Shown: one piece after another, positions 50,071-63,792 of the stretch
Layout: every line of letters begins with the position of its first letter
How positions within the stretch are numbered: position 1 is the first letter of the stretch
NCBI GenBank assembly: GCA_038087875.1
Contig: CM075988.1
Location: 2,728,001-2,792,000, forward strand
DNA: 64,000 nucleotides
Source of the DNA: Malacoraja senta
Lineage: Eukaryota
Reading direction: 5' to 3'
The notes under the pieces: generated by a model
Databases searched by the model: none
What the model was told of the DNA's origin: nothing
The model's input: the letters and a program-made list of their open reading frames with translations, nothing else
Translations under genes and position numbers: made by a program

Positions 50071-51635
50071 CTAGCCTAAGTGGGTCCCGTTGGGTCCCAT
50101 GTTCATACGGGAGGGCTGGTCCCCCAACGTAATATTCCACCTCTCCACCAATTCCAATATTGCTGGCCAGTGGGGGGGGCACACTTTCTGGAGCGCTAGT
50201 ATGGGTGTTATGGGCCAAAGGGACTGGTTTCCAGAGGACTAGTATGGACATTGTGGGCCGAATGGATTCTTGGGCTGGCGGTTTAGTCACTCAGGCCTGG
50301 TGGGCTGGCAGCTCAGTCACTCAGGCCTGGTAGGCTGGCAGGTCAGTCACTCAGGCCTGGTGAGCTGGCAGCTCAGAAACTGCCAGAAATTCTGCCCAAA
50401 ACAGGTGAAAGACTCTGTGAGAGAGAAGGGGAAGATGGTGGAGAATCAATTTTAGACATTTTTCATCTTTTTCTGCAGATCACAGCAATGAAAAGAGGAA
50501 AGTCTATCCTGGCCTGGATCTCACAGGAACAAATGAAGGGAGGGAGAAAAATACTGGGGTGAGGTTTAATACTTGCAGGGGGAATACTTACTGATGAGCC
50601 GAAGGGACTCCTGGGCTAGCACATGCCAGATGGGCCGAAGGGGCTCTTTAAAAAAAATCTGGGAAATCTCATTGAAAGGCACTTTTTCTGGACTTTTCCT
50701 GACCTGGCACAGGCCTTTTGGGCCAAAATTGGTGATTTCAGGCAGGCCAAACAACTCATTTAATTTCATTTCCAATTGCATTGCAGTTTCAAACACCGGA
50801 CAGGCCGAATAGCTCATTGAATTTTCATTTCACTTCCATTGCCATTGCAGTTTCAAGCACAGGGCAGGCCAAGCCAAACAGCTGATTTCATTTTCATTTC
50901 ATTTCCATTGCCATTGCACTTTCAAGCACAGGGCAGGCTCAAGCCAAACAGCTGATTGCATTTTCACTTCATTTCCATTTGCCCTTGCACTTTCAAGCAC
51001 AGGGCAGGCTCAAGCCAAACAGCTCACTGCAATTTCACTACATTTCCATTCCCATTGCAATTTCAAGCACATGGCAGGCTCAAGCCAAACAGCTCATTGC
51101 ATTTTCACTTCATGTCCATTGTCATTGCAGTTTCAAGCACAGGGCAGCCCAAGCCAAACAGCTAATTGCATTTTCACTTCATTTCCATTGCCATTGCAAT
51201 TTCAAGCACAGGGCAGGCCAAACAACTCATTTCATTTTCATTAAGGGCTAACAAATCATTTATTCAAGTACATTGCATACTCACAGTGTTCTGTAGTTTC
51301 CCAGCTCAGACAGAGAGTCGTGACCTCTCCCTCGCCATCTTGCAGACAGACTGAGCCACGCCCACACTTCCAGGTTTTATAGTCCCTCCCCCTCCCACCG
51401 GAAGGGGCGTGGCCTTCATGGCAGTGATTGACAAGCGAGAGAATCTCAAGATGTTTAAACACTAATAAGTCTTTTATTTTTCATCGATGGGAAAAATCCT
51501 CGGGGCCTGCGCAGCGGAGGAGGACTCTGAGTAAGATGGTCAAAAAAATCACAGCCATATGTGGTAGCTTTTTTTCTAAAATCAAAGCACGGTGCAAACA
51601 GGAAGTGGTCAAGATGACACTTATAATTATATAGA
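50071..51635 (-). mobile_element. Non-autonomous Helitron
   Basis: Minus strand A|TCTATATAATT...gggacccaacgggaccc (imperfect hairpin) acttagg CTAG|T; no TSD. Confidence 0.78.
50745..51240. repeat. About 70-bp minisatellite inside the Helitron (plus a 30-bp repeat at 50270-50375)
   Basis: ttcaagcacagggcagg...ccaaacagct units recurring at about 70-bp intervals. Confidence 0.9.
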
Positions 51636-52570
51636 TTACCACGACGACAATAGACTATCTGGACATGATCAGGTGCTGTTTGTGGGATTGTGCTCTGTAC
51701 CACAGGCTGCAAGGCTTCTTATGTTGCCACAATTATGGCAATTCAAGCATATTTCTTTGATTGTACAATGCTTGGTCATGGTTTGAATCTGAGAACAATA
51801 CTATATTGAAATAAAACATACCTTCTTTTTCCCTCTCTATTCATTGCGATGTGTGTGTATATTTCCCCCTAAATCTTGACAGATATACTCACCTCTTGTA
51901 AGCAGATTTTATCTCCGCTCACTAATAAAGAATATTCTCCCCCGTTACTGGTTGGAAATGCCTCCCTCCCACATCTGGATATTGTTGCGTTACTCTCGCA
52001 CTTTGAATTTTGACGTGTTGCCTCTTCCACATCTGGATTTTTGATACGTTATTCCCTTCCACATCTGGAAGAAACCAGATTTTATTACAACATAACATTG
52101 TTCTCAACCTCAAGTACGACCCTACCACATCTGGATTTGCATGTGTTTCGCTCCCAGTGATTCTCGTTACGTGAAGACGTTACCATTACGTCTAATCATT
52201 GGATATCCCATTGTTGCCTTCTGTTCTTGAAGAGGGAGATACTCTGGAGATACAAGTGACTGTAGATGCTGGGATCTTGAACAAAATAGAAAGCTGCTGG
52301 AGGAACTCAGCGCATCAGGCAGCATCTGTTGCAGATGAAGTGCATGTGTCAACCTGAAATGTTGGCTGTCCATTTCTCTCCGCAGATGCAGCCTGGCCTG
52401 CTAAGTTTCTGCTGAATACCCCAGCAAAGTGTCTGAGCAGCCAGTTAATGTTAGAGACACAAGAGGCTGTTGGAATCTGCAGCAAAAAAACAAATTACTG
52501 AAGGAACTCAGCAGGTCAGGCAGCATCTGTGGAGGGAATGGACAGTCGATGTTTTGGGTCAGCAATCTAG

Positions 52571-52890
52571 GGTGGCATGGCGGTGCAGCGGTAGAGTTGC
52601 TGCCTTACAGAACCAGAGACCCAGGTTCGATCCTGACTATGGGTGCTGACGGTATGGCGTTTGCTCATTCTCCCCGTGACCAGCGTGGGTTTTCTCCCAA
52701 GATCTCTGCTTTCCTCCACCACTCCAAATATGTACAGGTCTGTAGGTTAATTGGCTTGGTATAATTGTAAATTGTACCTAGTGTGCGTAGGATAGTGTTA
52801 GTGTATGGGGATCGCTAGTCGACGTGGACTCAATGGGCCAAAGGATGTATTTCCATGCTGTACCTAAACTAAACTAAATTAAACTAAATC
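52571..52890 (+). mobile_element. V-SINE
   Basis: ggtggcatggcggtgcagcggtagag...ggttcgatcc, V-domain, (actaa)n tail. Confidence 0.82.
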
Positions 52891-53140
52891 TTCACATGGA
52901 CAGATGAAGGGTTACGACCTGAAATCTTGACTGTTTAATATTGTTGCAGGCATGGGGACCGAGTACAGGGAGGAGATAAAGGGCTTAGTAACATGATGTC
53001 GACAACATCCTTTCCCTCAGTGGCAGCAAAAGGATGGAGCTGGTCATTAACTTCATGAAGCATGGGGTACACACCTCAATCTCCACCAATAACCACATTA
53101 TGGCCAAACAAGCACACCAACTCTTCTATTTCCTCAGAAG

Positions 53141-53470
53141 GGAGGCACGATGGCGCAGCGGCAGAGTTGCTGCCTTACAGCGCTTGCAGCGCTGGAGACC
53201 CGTGTTCGATCCCGACTATTTGTGCTGTCTCTATGAAGTTTGTACATTCTCCCCATGACCGCCTGGGGTTTCTCCAAGATCTTCGGTTTCCTCCCACATT
53301 CCAAAGATGTACAGGTTTGTAGGTGAAACGGCTTGGATTTGTATACTTGGTATAAGTGTAAATTGCCCCCAGTGTGTGTAGGCTTGTGTTAATGAGTGGG
53401 GATCGCTGGTCAGTGCGAACTCGGTGGGCTGAAGGGCCTGTTTCCGTGCTATATCTCTAAACTAAGACTA
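53141..53470 (+). mobile_element. V-SINE
   Basis: A-box tggcgcagcgg, B-box gttcgatcc, V-domain, tail. Confidence 0.82.
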
Positions 53471-53599
53471 AGGAAATTTGGCATGTCTTGAATGACTCAT
53501 CAATTTCTAGAGATCCTGTCCGGATGCATCGCAGCTTGGCCAAGACTACAAGAAATTGCAGAGTTTTGATCATAGGCCTGCCTAATGCTGCCTCCACAA

Positions 53600-54680
53600 C
53601 TTGCTTCACTCATCCTTTCCCACCCAAACCACTCCCCTCTCTAGATACTTTCCCCGGCAACCACAAACAATGTAACAACCTTCCCTACAACTTCCTCACA
53701 TCCATCCAGGGATCCAAGTTGCCTTTCTGGGAGAGACAGAGGTCCACATGCACTCCCTGTAATCTCATTCACTGGTGAGACCAAGTGTAACCTAGGCTGC
53801 CATTTTGCTGCACACTTGGGCTTGGTCTGTCAGGGCCTGCTGGATCTTCCAGTTGCTAACTACTTTAGCTCCCCTTCCCATTCCCATACTGACCTTTCTG
53901 TCCTGGGCCTCTTCCACTGTCAGAGTGAGACCGTACACAAACTGCAGGAACAGCTACTCACATTCCACGTGGGTAGCTTACAACTGTTCAGCTTACAATG
54001 GTTTGAACATTGAAATCTCTAATTTTACATACCAGCTCCCCTTGGTCTTCTCTCATTCCTGTACCTCCTATCTTGGTGACCAGTCATGCTCCAACTACCC
54101 TACCCCTCTCTCCCCTTGCCCCTCTCTCCCCCTGCCCCTCTCTCCCCCTGCCCCTCTCTCCCCTTGCCCCTCTCTCCCCCTGCCCCTCTCTCCCATCCCC
54201 CTCTCCACCCATGCCCCTCTCTCCCCCTGCCCCTCTCTCATCCTGCCCCTCCATTCCTCTATCCCCTTCCACCTATATCCCTCCCTTTGACTTTTCATTT
54301 CATTCCGCCTCTCCTAATCTTTGCCCAACCAACTGCCGATAAAACCTCCCTGTGTAGGAAGGAACTGCAGGCTGGTTTAAACCGAAGTTAGACACCAAAA
54401 GCTGGAGTAACTCAGCGGGACAGGCAGCATCTCTGGAGAGAAGGAATGGGTGATGTTTCAGGTCGAGACCCTTCTTCAGACATAAACAGCCCGGACTTGT
54501 ATCGACCTACCACTAGCCTTGCTTTATCCCATCCCCAGCTTTCTTTTCCAGTTTCTCTTCCTCCTACTACAAACAGTCTGAAGAAAGGTCCTGAAATGTC
54601 ATCTAACCATTCCCTCCACGGATGCTGCCTGACCGCTGAGTTGCTCCAGCAGTTTGTGTCCAGTGTCTACAGTTCCTTGT
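53600..54680 (+). mobile_element. Degenerate PLE fragment with a 16-bp C/T satellite (54100-54260) and PLE terminal repeats in both orientations
   Basis: PSHSHTDLSVLGL; (cccctctctccccctg)n; tails at 54355-54480 (minus) and 54575-54680 (plus). Confidence 0.65.
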
Positions 54681-54975
54681 GTGACCTTTCCGCCATCTTC
54701 ATGGCATAAACTAGGAGCGTGGCGGACAGGTCTTCACTCGCTGAGATGAGTCCAACTCTAACAACTCGAAGAAAGACCCACCAGGACAAAGCAGCCACTT
54801 AAATGGCATCTTATTCACTCCCCCCACCAGCGCCTGTGATGTGTCACGTTTACTACTTGACTGCTGTTAGTTGCCCAGGCCCATGGGCTGTATCTGGCAA
54901 AGCGACTCAGGCAGTATTAAGAAGGAAAAGGGAGCAGACCTGTGTGGACACCACCATCAGCAGGTTCCCTGCGCT

Positions 54976-55205
54976 TAAGGGCCTGTCCCACTGTACGAGC
55001 TAATTCAAGAGTTCTCCCGAGTTTCCCCTGATTCGAACTCGGAGAATTACGGTAATAGCCGCTCGTGGGTACACATGTTGAAAAATCTTCACGAGTCTTC
55101 ACGAGCTTACTGCGTTTCTCAAGTACCTGCCGTTAGCGTTATGAGCCGCTAAGAGACGTCCCGAGCTCCGACGTACCCGCTATATACATTCTATGTGCTT
55201 ACCAT
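54976..55205. mobile_element. Harbinger-like MITE fragment (one end only)
   Basis: Starts ttaagggcctgtcccac, similar to the MITE terminus at 57583; CpG-rich. Confidence 0.5.
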
Positions 55206-56242
55206 GAGTTTGATTTTTTTTTTTAACTCACACGAAACAGTTAGACAGGTACATGGATAGGACAAGTTTGGAGGGATATGGACCAAATGCAGGCAGGTGG
55301 GACTAGTGTAGCTGGGACACATTGGCCAGTGTGGACAAGTTGGGCCGAAGGGTCTGTTTCCACACTGTATCACTCTATGACTCTATGACAAAGCAGGGCC
55401 GGCAACAGATGGCCTAGGTAGGGTGGAGCCCATAATGGCCCATTGTTGGCTGGGGAAGAGGTGATAACGAAGGATTACAGGGATGTGAACAATGGAACTA
55501 GTAGGATGACTATTCATAATGCTGGGGTGTAAGCTGCACAAGCAACATTTTAAAGCCAGCGGTATGAATATTGACTTCCCTAACTTCAAGTAACCCTTGC
55601 TTTCCCTCTCTCTCCATCCCCTCTCCCCTTCCCAGTTCTCCGACCAGTCTGACTGTCCTCGTTTACATTTTAACTCTCCTAGCTACCAATAATCTACTCA
55701 ACGTTTTCCTTGAACCTCATCCCCTTTGTCTCGTTTTCACACCTAGCAGTTCCTTATCTCTGTATCTCCCTCTCCCCTGAATCAGTCTGAAGAAGGGTCT
55801 CGACCCAAAACGTCACCCATTCCTTCTATCCAGAGATGCTTTCCCGCTAATTTCCCAGCCTGCTGCATGGTGCGTGTCTTGGACGTCTTCTTGCGAATGA
55901 AACATAAATAAACCAAAGGAATAGTTAGATCTCAAGCCGGGTGTTGAGCAGCCAGGTTGTTGTCTCTGCATCAATGTCTGCCAGGCCCTGAGCTCCATTT
56001 GGTGGGTGGTAGAGCGGGCACTCAGAGATGACATGGTTGGCTGTCTGTTGTCTCTTGGACTGTGAGCAGTGTTCATTTCAGTTTAGTTTATTGTCACATG
56101 TACTAATGTACAGTAAAAAGTTTTTGTTAAGTGCTAACCAGTCAGCGGAAAGATAGTACATGATTACAATCGAACCATCCACAGTTCACAGTTATAGGAT
56201 AAAGGGAATTTGTTGTAAGATTGTCCGGTAAAGTCAGATTAT

Positions 56243-59200
56243 GCACCTTTAACATTTATGATTAAATGGAATGGCCGAGAAACAAACATATTGGAGACTT
56301 AACCCACAAATATTGAATGAAAGATCATGCCAGGAATATCTTATTAAACAGATTCAAACATTTTTCGAGACTAATGACACCCCTGGCACATCTGTTTCTC
56401 TTATTTGGGAAACATTTAAAGCGTTTGTACGAGGTGCATTAATCTCCTCCCAAGTATTTTATAACAAAGAGAACCGGATTAAACAACAGACATTGGAAAG
56501 GGAAATAAAGCAACTAGATATAGAAAATGCGACAATGCCATCTATGTTAAAACAAAATAAAATCGCTGTATTGAAATATAAATTAAACAAAATGTATTCA
56601 GAACAAGTAATACAACTTTATCAACACACTAAACAATTACATTTTGAATTCGGAGACAAACCACAAAAACTATTAGCACGTCAGCTCCGAAAATTGCAGG
56701 GGGAAAAAATAATTCATAAAATTAGATCAGATACGGGAGAATTATTAAAACTGCCCAAGGATATAAACGAGAGATTTCTCCAATACTATCACAATCTTTA
56801 TTCAACTAAAACTGTAGAACAACCGGAAGGAATAGCAGAATTTTTACAAAAATGTAATTTAAAAGGTTTAGACTCAAAAGATAGAGAATTATTAGAAGCT
56901 GAAATTACGATAAAAGATATTGAAGAGTCTATTAGATCTTTAAAAAATGGTAAAGCAGTAGGTCCAGATGGTTTAGGCTCTGAATTTTATTTTAAAAATT
57001 ATGATTTGCTCTCTCCACATTTACAAATGCTGTATGTGTATATTTATACTCAACAGAAACTCCCAGATACCTTAAACAAATCTATAATAACACTCATCCC
57101 AAAGGCTGACAAGGATCCCGAAGATCCAGGATCATATAGAGCAATTGCACATTTAAATACAGATCAGAAAATACTAACTAAAATTCTAGCGCACAGATTA
57201 AGTACAGTGATGAATAAATTAATACACCCTGACCAAACAGGCTTTATTCAGAAACAGTATTCATATTTTAATTTGAGAAGATTATTTAATATAATATACT
57301 CAAAGAGAATTACTAATGAAGATCTAGCAATAATCTCACTTGATGCCGAAAAAGCTTTCGATCAGGTTGAATGGCCCTATTTATTTTCAGTGATGGAAAA
57401 ATTGCAACTGGGCGAGAAATTCTGCGCATGAATAAAACTGTTATATACCAACCCAATGGCTAGAATATTAACAAACCAAAGGTTATCATCTAAATTTAAC
57501 CTATCTAGAGGTTGCAGACAAGGATGCCCGTTGTCTCCACTATTATTTGCGCTTGCTATTGAGCCACTCGCAGAAAGAGTTAAAGGCCTGTCTCACGAGT
57601 CTGCGGTCTATGGCGGCGAAACGGGAGGAATCTGCCGCCATAGACCACGCACTCGTGAGAAAGTACAATTCCCGGGCCGTGTGGCGGTGTTCCCAACACC
57701 GCGCGGTGCTAAAATAAAATCGACAATGTCCAAAACTAAATACTCACCGCACAACCTCCACCAGTGATGCACGAGTGCGGCATGGCCGCTCGCATGGGCC
57801 GCCGCCAGTATGGCTCGAGCGCCGTGCGTCAAACCTCCACTGCCACAGCCTCCGCCAGTGATGCACGTGCCGCCGCCAGTGAGGCACGTGTGCTGCACGG
57901 CCGCCGGCACAGCCACCGCTACAGCGCCGCGATCAGGATGGCCGCCGCCACAGCCGTCGCTGGTGAGTCACGTGCGGCGGGCCGACGTCATCGCAGTCGG
58001 CCCGCCCTTTTTTTACTTACCGCAAGCACGTGGGACCCGCCGTGTTTGAATTAACTCGGCCCCCGCGCAGCATCCGTGCGGCGCTCCGGTGGATAGGCTC
58101 AACGCTCTCGCCGTTGCTGCGCGGTCCTCGCTACCGGCGACGCCGCGCTTCACCGCCGATGACCGCAAACAGGTAAGACAGAGCCTTTAGGACCCACCCG
58201 GAAATATATGGGTATAATACAAAGGACACAGTGAATAAAATTTCTCTATATGCAGATGATGTATTAATTTACATTACAAAACCAGTAATTAGTATTCCAA
58301 ATTTATTAAAGCTAATAACCCAATTTGGTTCACTCTCTGGATACAGAATAAATTGGAATAAAAGTGAAATTATGCCAATAAGGGAACATAATAAACATAT
58401 ACTACAACAATTCCCGTTTAAAATAGTAAATGAAAAATTTAAATACCTAGGAATTTATGTCACTAAGACATACACATCATTATTTAAATCAAATTTCCCC
58501 CCATTATTGAATAAACTACATAAGAATATTCAGTACTGGAAAACACTTCCTATCTCAATGGTTGGTAAAATTAATGCCATAAAAATGATTTTCTTACCGC
58601 AAATATTATACCTTTTTCAAACAATTCCGATATACTTGTCAAAAAACGTTTTCAAAAAGTTGGATTCCATTATCAATGACTTTATCTGGGATTATAAGAC
58701 TCATAGGTTAAGCAAAAAACATCCGTGCAAATCAAAAATAAATGGAGGTTTGGTTCTACCAAACTTTCTGTTTTATTTTTGGGCAGTTAACATTACAAAT
58801 ATGAATTTTTGGTTGGAAGAAATAGATCAACAACCAGATTGGTTAAAAATGGAAAAGGAAGATTGTTTACCTTTTGAAATCGGCTCGATACTATTTGCTA
58901 CTTCTAAATTAAACAAAAATATTTATAGGGAAAATCCTATAATATATAGTGTTATGCGAATTTGGAAACAATTAAAAAAGACATTAAAATTAGATAATTT
59001 ATCACTTTTTCTTCCAATTGCGAATAATCCTTTATTTAAACCCTCATGGTTGGATAAAGGTTTCACACAATGGAAAAATTATGGAATTAAAATGATGGGA
59101 CAACTTTACAACGAAGGCACTTTTCTTTCATTTCAGGAGCTGCAACAGACTTATGGACTTAAAGTAAATGATTTTTTCAGATATCTTCAACTTAGAGATT

Positions 59201-60258
59201 ATGTAAAAGCAAGTACTCAAAACTTTAGAATTAGAAATTCAGAAATTCTTGATGACTGTTGGAATAAACACCCTAATACAGAAAAATTAATATCTTACAT
59301 ATATAATATTTTATTAGATAGCGAGATTCCATCGACGGATTTATACAGACAAACATGGGAAAAAGAATTAAATCAAATAATAACGAAAGATACTTGGGAA
59401 GAAAGTTTACAACATATACACCAATGTTCATTAAATGTCAGACAGTCTCTAATACAATTCAAAGTACTACATAGGTTATATTACACTAAAACAAAGTTAA
59501 ATAAAATCTTCCCACATATTTCCCCTATATGTGATAAATGTCAACATTTAGATGCTAACTTAACTCATACGTTTGCGAATTGTATAAAAATTAAAAAATT
59601 CTGGGCAAATATTTTTAGAATAATATCTATAGTTACTAGCACTCAATTGGACCCGGATCCAAAATTAATAATACTAGGAATATTAGAACCAAATCAAATA
59701 TTTACAACAACTCAAAGAAACTTTATTGATTATAGTATAATAACTGGGAAAAAATTAATTCTAAAATTTTGGAAAGGTCCTATAACCCCCACAATCAAAA
59801 TGTGGATTATAGAAATGACGGAGACCTTACACTTGGAAAGAATTAGACTTGTCCTGTTGGACAAACAAGAATTATTTGTTGGAACATGGTCTCCATTTAT
59901 TGATTATCTAAAGGGTTAGAATGGTTCAGCACGGGAACCTGACTAGCACTCGAGCCAAGGAATAGATGAAATGTTATACTCTGAAATGTATGAATATATC
60001 TCAAATGAGTTTTTTTTTCTTAGTAAGTTATTCCATTCTTCTTTATTATCTCTTTCTTTTTTTTTTCCTTTCTTTTCTCTCTTTTCTCTCTTTCTTTCAT
60101 CTATCTTTTTATTTCTACTTACTTAAAAAAAATCCCCCAAAAAATCATTGGAGACAATGTGAATAATGTTTGACAATATTATTAATTTAGAAATGAAAGA
60201 CTGGTAACGATTTTAATATGATATGTATTTATCTCCAATAAAAAATATTATCACAAAA
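56243..60258 (+). mobile_element. L1/Tx1-clade LINE, 5'-truncated, with 13-bp TSD
   Basis: WRLN, KAVGPDG, DQTGF, SLDAEKAFD, RQGCPLSPLLF, YADD, CDKC zinc knuckle, aataaa/polyA; TSD aaagtcagattat at 56230-56242 and 60259-60271. Confidence 0.93.
57583..58186. mobile_element. GC-rich MITE (PIF/Harbinger-like) inserted in the L1 RT
   Basis: Imperfect about 40-bp TIRs aaggcctgtctcac... / ...gtaagacagagcct; TTA (or TA) duplicated; removal restores AERVRTHPEIYG. Confidence 0.8.
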
Positions 60259-60764
60259 AAAGTCAGATTATAGTCCTTCAATCTTGTCTGCGATCTCTGA
60301 AAGTCCTTGTTAGAGGGAAATATATATTAGAGTCACGTTCAGTACCTACCCCTCTGTCATTCTGTATGGAGGCATTGTGCCGCTTGCAACACACAAGTGA
60401 GTGTAGGACATCATTGCTGCTCTTCAATCAAGGAGAAGGAATCACATCTCATCCTTGATCGGAATCCAGCAGGCATCATGGACTCGTGGTTCTGCCAGCC
60501 TTCCAAGAGGAGCGGGCACTGACGCGTCCTCCCAATCTGTCTGTTATGAGGGCAAAGCTCCTTGTCCCCTCTGGGAGAACGGCAACCAATGTCATCCCTG
60601 CTAGAGTATCTTTCCAGTCAACTTTGTCCAGCTCCTCCCTCATGGCTCCATAGTCCCCTTTATTCAACTGATGACCAATGTGATATCAGCGTCGAACCTG
60701 GCCTTTAGCACCGTGAGGCGGTGGATCTACCCGCTGTGCCACTACACCACTCTGTACCCTGTGC

Positions 60765-60791
60765 TTGTGTTTAGGCGTGTGTGTGTGTGTT

Positions 60792-60843
<52 letters not shown>

Positions 60844-61085
60844 TGCGTGTCTGTGTTTGTGTGTGTGTGCTTACATTTGTGTGTGTGTATGCTTGCATGT
60901 GTGTGTTTGTATGTGTGTGTGTGTGTGCATCTATGTGTGTGTCTGTATCTGTGTGTTTGTCAGTGTGTGCGTGTGCGTGTGTGTGTGCGTGTCTATGTGT
61001 GTGCGAGTATCTGTGTGTATGTCTGTGTGTGTGTATTTGTGTGTGTGTGCCTGTGTGTGTGTATATGTTTGTGTATGTGTCTGTC
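60765..61085. repeat. (TG)n-derived degenerate microsatellite
   Basis: Directly visible. Confidence 0.95.
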
Positions 61086-62105
61086 TGGGTACCCGGACGT
61101 GGCGCAGACGGACGAGAAGCTGAAGCAAAGGAGTGGAAGCCAAATACCTGAATGGAAATGAAGACAAAACGCCAAATAACCGAATGGAAACGAAGCCGAA
61201 ATGCCAACTAACCGAAAGAGTGGGACGCCTAAATGCAAACTAACCGAAAGTGCGGGACGCCTAAAAGCCTACTAACCGAAAGGCTGCGTCGCCTAAAAGC
61301 GAACTCACCGAATGGCCGCTCTGCCGAAAAGCCACCTACCTGAAAGGCGTCGTCGCGTACAAGCCAACGGACCGAATGCCGCTAAACAGAAAAGTCAAAT
61401 AACGGACATGACGTTGCCGAGTGGCGGGACTTGTCAGCGATTGGTCCAGACCCCCGCGTCCATCACATCACTGTGGAGGGATGAACATTGTCCCACACCT
61501 CTGCTCAATCTGACCCACAGCCCGCAGAGGGTGGCCGTGGGCGAGTGGGGGCTGTGCTGAGGGATGCGCACCTTCGGCCGCTTACAACTTGGTGTTTGGG
61601 TTCAGATTGCCCATTCACCAATAGCTTGTGTGAGAAAATGACCCCACCCTCCCGCCGGTGTAGATGGGATGGTGGGGGTCATTTTTCCACAAAAGCCATA
61701 GGTGACTGGGCAATCTGAACCCGAGCACCAAGCGGCCGAATGAGCACAACCCTCGGGGGGGGGGGGGGGATAAAATTGTTCGTTGTCATGCACACTTGCC
61801 ATGGGCCCACAAGGGAATGTGTGTGTGTCGGGGTGGGGGTGAATTACCCGGTGTGGGTGTCAGGGTCCATGGGTTGGGGTGGGGGAGGAATCGCCCTGGT
61901 GTGGGGGTTGGGTTCCGATGGCGGTGCATCGCGGTCAGTGAGTCTGGGTGGGCGGAAGGACCAGCCTGTCCCACACCTATTTTCCACCCAACCCACAGCC
62001 CGTCACAGTGCGGCCGCACGGGGGAGCCGAGGCGGAGGGCGGCCGTGGGAGAGTGGTGGCTGCCCCGAGGGTTGCGCTCCTTCGGCCGCCACATCCGCAC
62101 ACGGT
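61086..62105. repeat. GC-rich probable DNA-transposon-derived segment: short aaccgaa/gccgaa repeats then a 200-bp hairpin
   Basis: Repeats at about 61140-61385; inverted repeat 61557-61756. Confidence 0.5.
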
Positions 62106-62517
62106 CTCTCTGTGTGTGTATATGTGTGTATGTGTGTGTGTCTGTGTGTGTGTGTGTGTATATGTGTGAGTCTGTGTGTGTATATGTGTCTGTATCTGTG
62201 TGTGTACATGTGTATCTGTGTGTACGTGTGTGTATATCTGTGTGTGTGTATAGATACATAGATACATAGAAAATAGGTGCAGGAGTAGACCATTCGGCCC
62301 TTCGAGCTTGCACCGCCATTCAATATGATCATGGCTGATCATCCAACTCAGTATCCCGTACCTGCCTTCTCTCCATACCCCCTGATCCCTTTAGCCACAA
62401 GGGAGTGTGTATATGTGTGTGTGTGTCTATGTGTGTGTATGTGTGTGTCTGTGTGTATCTGTGTGTGTATGTGTGTATCTGTGTGTGTATGTGTGTGTGT
62501 ATCTGTGTGTGTGTATC

Positions 62518-62548
<31 letters not shown>

Positions 62549-62700
62549 CAGTGTGTGTATATGTGTGTGTGTATGTGTGTGTGTCTGTGTGTGTATAAGT
62601 GTCTGTGTGTGTGTGTCTGTGTGTGTGTCTGCGTGTGTGTGTGTATATGTGTGTCTGTATGTGTCTGTGGGTGTGTGTCTCTGTGTGTGTGTCCGTGTGT
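62106..62700. repeat. (TG)n-derived arrays flanking a minus-strand CR1 3' tail (about 62253-62402)
   Basis: Directly visible; insert is the reverse complement of about 21187-21335. Confidence 0.88.
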
Positions 62701-62702
62701 CT

Positions 62703-63792
62703 ACCCTAACTTCCCTCGGACATTGAGGGAAGTTAGTGTAGAAATAGCAGGGGCTATGACAGAAATATTTCAAATGTCATTAGAAACGGGAATAGTGCCG
62801 GAGGATTGGCGTACTGCGCATGTTGTTCCGTTGTTTAAAAAGGGTTCTAAGAGTAAACCTAGCAATTATAGACATGTTAGTTTGACGTCAGTGGTGGGAA
62901 AATTAATGGAAAGGATACTTAGAGATAATATATATAAGCATCTGGATAAGCAGGGTCTGATTAGGAACAGTCAACATGGATTTGTGCCTGGAAGGTCATG
63001 TTTGACTAATCTTCTTGAATTTTTCGAAGAGGTTACTAGGAAAATTGATGAGGGTAAAGCAGTGGATGTTATCTATATGGACTTCAGTAAGGCCTTTGAC
63101 AAGGTTCCTCATGGAAGGTTGGTTAAGAAAATTCAATTGTTGGGTATTAATGGTGGAGTAGCAAGATGGATTCAACAGTGGCTGAATGGGAGATGCCAGA
63201 GAGTAATGGTGGATGGCTGTTTGTCAGGTTGGAGGCAGGGGACTAGTGGGGTGCCTCAGGGGTCTGTGTTGGGTCCACTGTTGTTTGTCATGTACATCAA
63301 TGATCTGGATGATGGGGTGGTAAATTAGATTAGTAAGTATGCAGATGATACTAAGATAGGTGGTGTTGTGGATAATGAAGTAGATTTTCAAAGTCTACAG
63401 AGAGATTTAGGCCATTTGGAAGAGTGGGCTGAAAGATGGCAGATGGAGTTTAATGCTGATAAATGTGAGGTGCTACATCTTGGCAGGACAAATCAAAGTA
63501 GGACATACATGGTAAATGGTAGCGAATTGAGGAATGCAGTTGAACAGAGGGATCTAGGAATAACTGTGCATAGTTCCCTGAAGGTGGAATCTCATGTAGA
63601 TGGGAAGAAAGCTTTTGGTGTGCTGGCCTTTATAAATCAGAGCATTGAATATAGAAGTTGGGATGTAATGTTAAAATTGTACAAAGCATTGGTGAGGCAA
63701 ATTCTGGAGTATGGAGTACAATTTTGGTCGCCTAATTATAGGAAGGATGTCAACAAAATAGAGAGAGTACAGAGGAGATTTACTAGAATGTT
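62703..63792 (+). mobile_element. CR1 LINE ORF2 RT region (one stop), interrupted by a PLE
   Basis: [40 protein letters not shown]. Confidence 0.92.

Noticed and set aside
50745..51240. CRISPR-like array
   Set aside because: Whole units repeat with no unique spacers, no cas genes, eukaryotic context
53141..53220. tRNA genes at A/B-box sites
   Set aside because: They are SINE heads continuing into the V-domain and tail; no complete cloverleaf recognised
60671..62773. Cys/Val-rich and Thr/His-rich ORFs
   Set aside because: Translations of (TG)n/(CA)n microsatellites; the 62405-63328 ORF is microsatellite fused to CR1 RT
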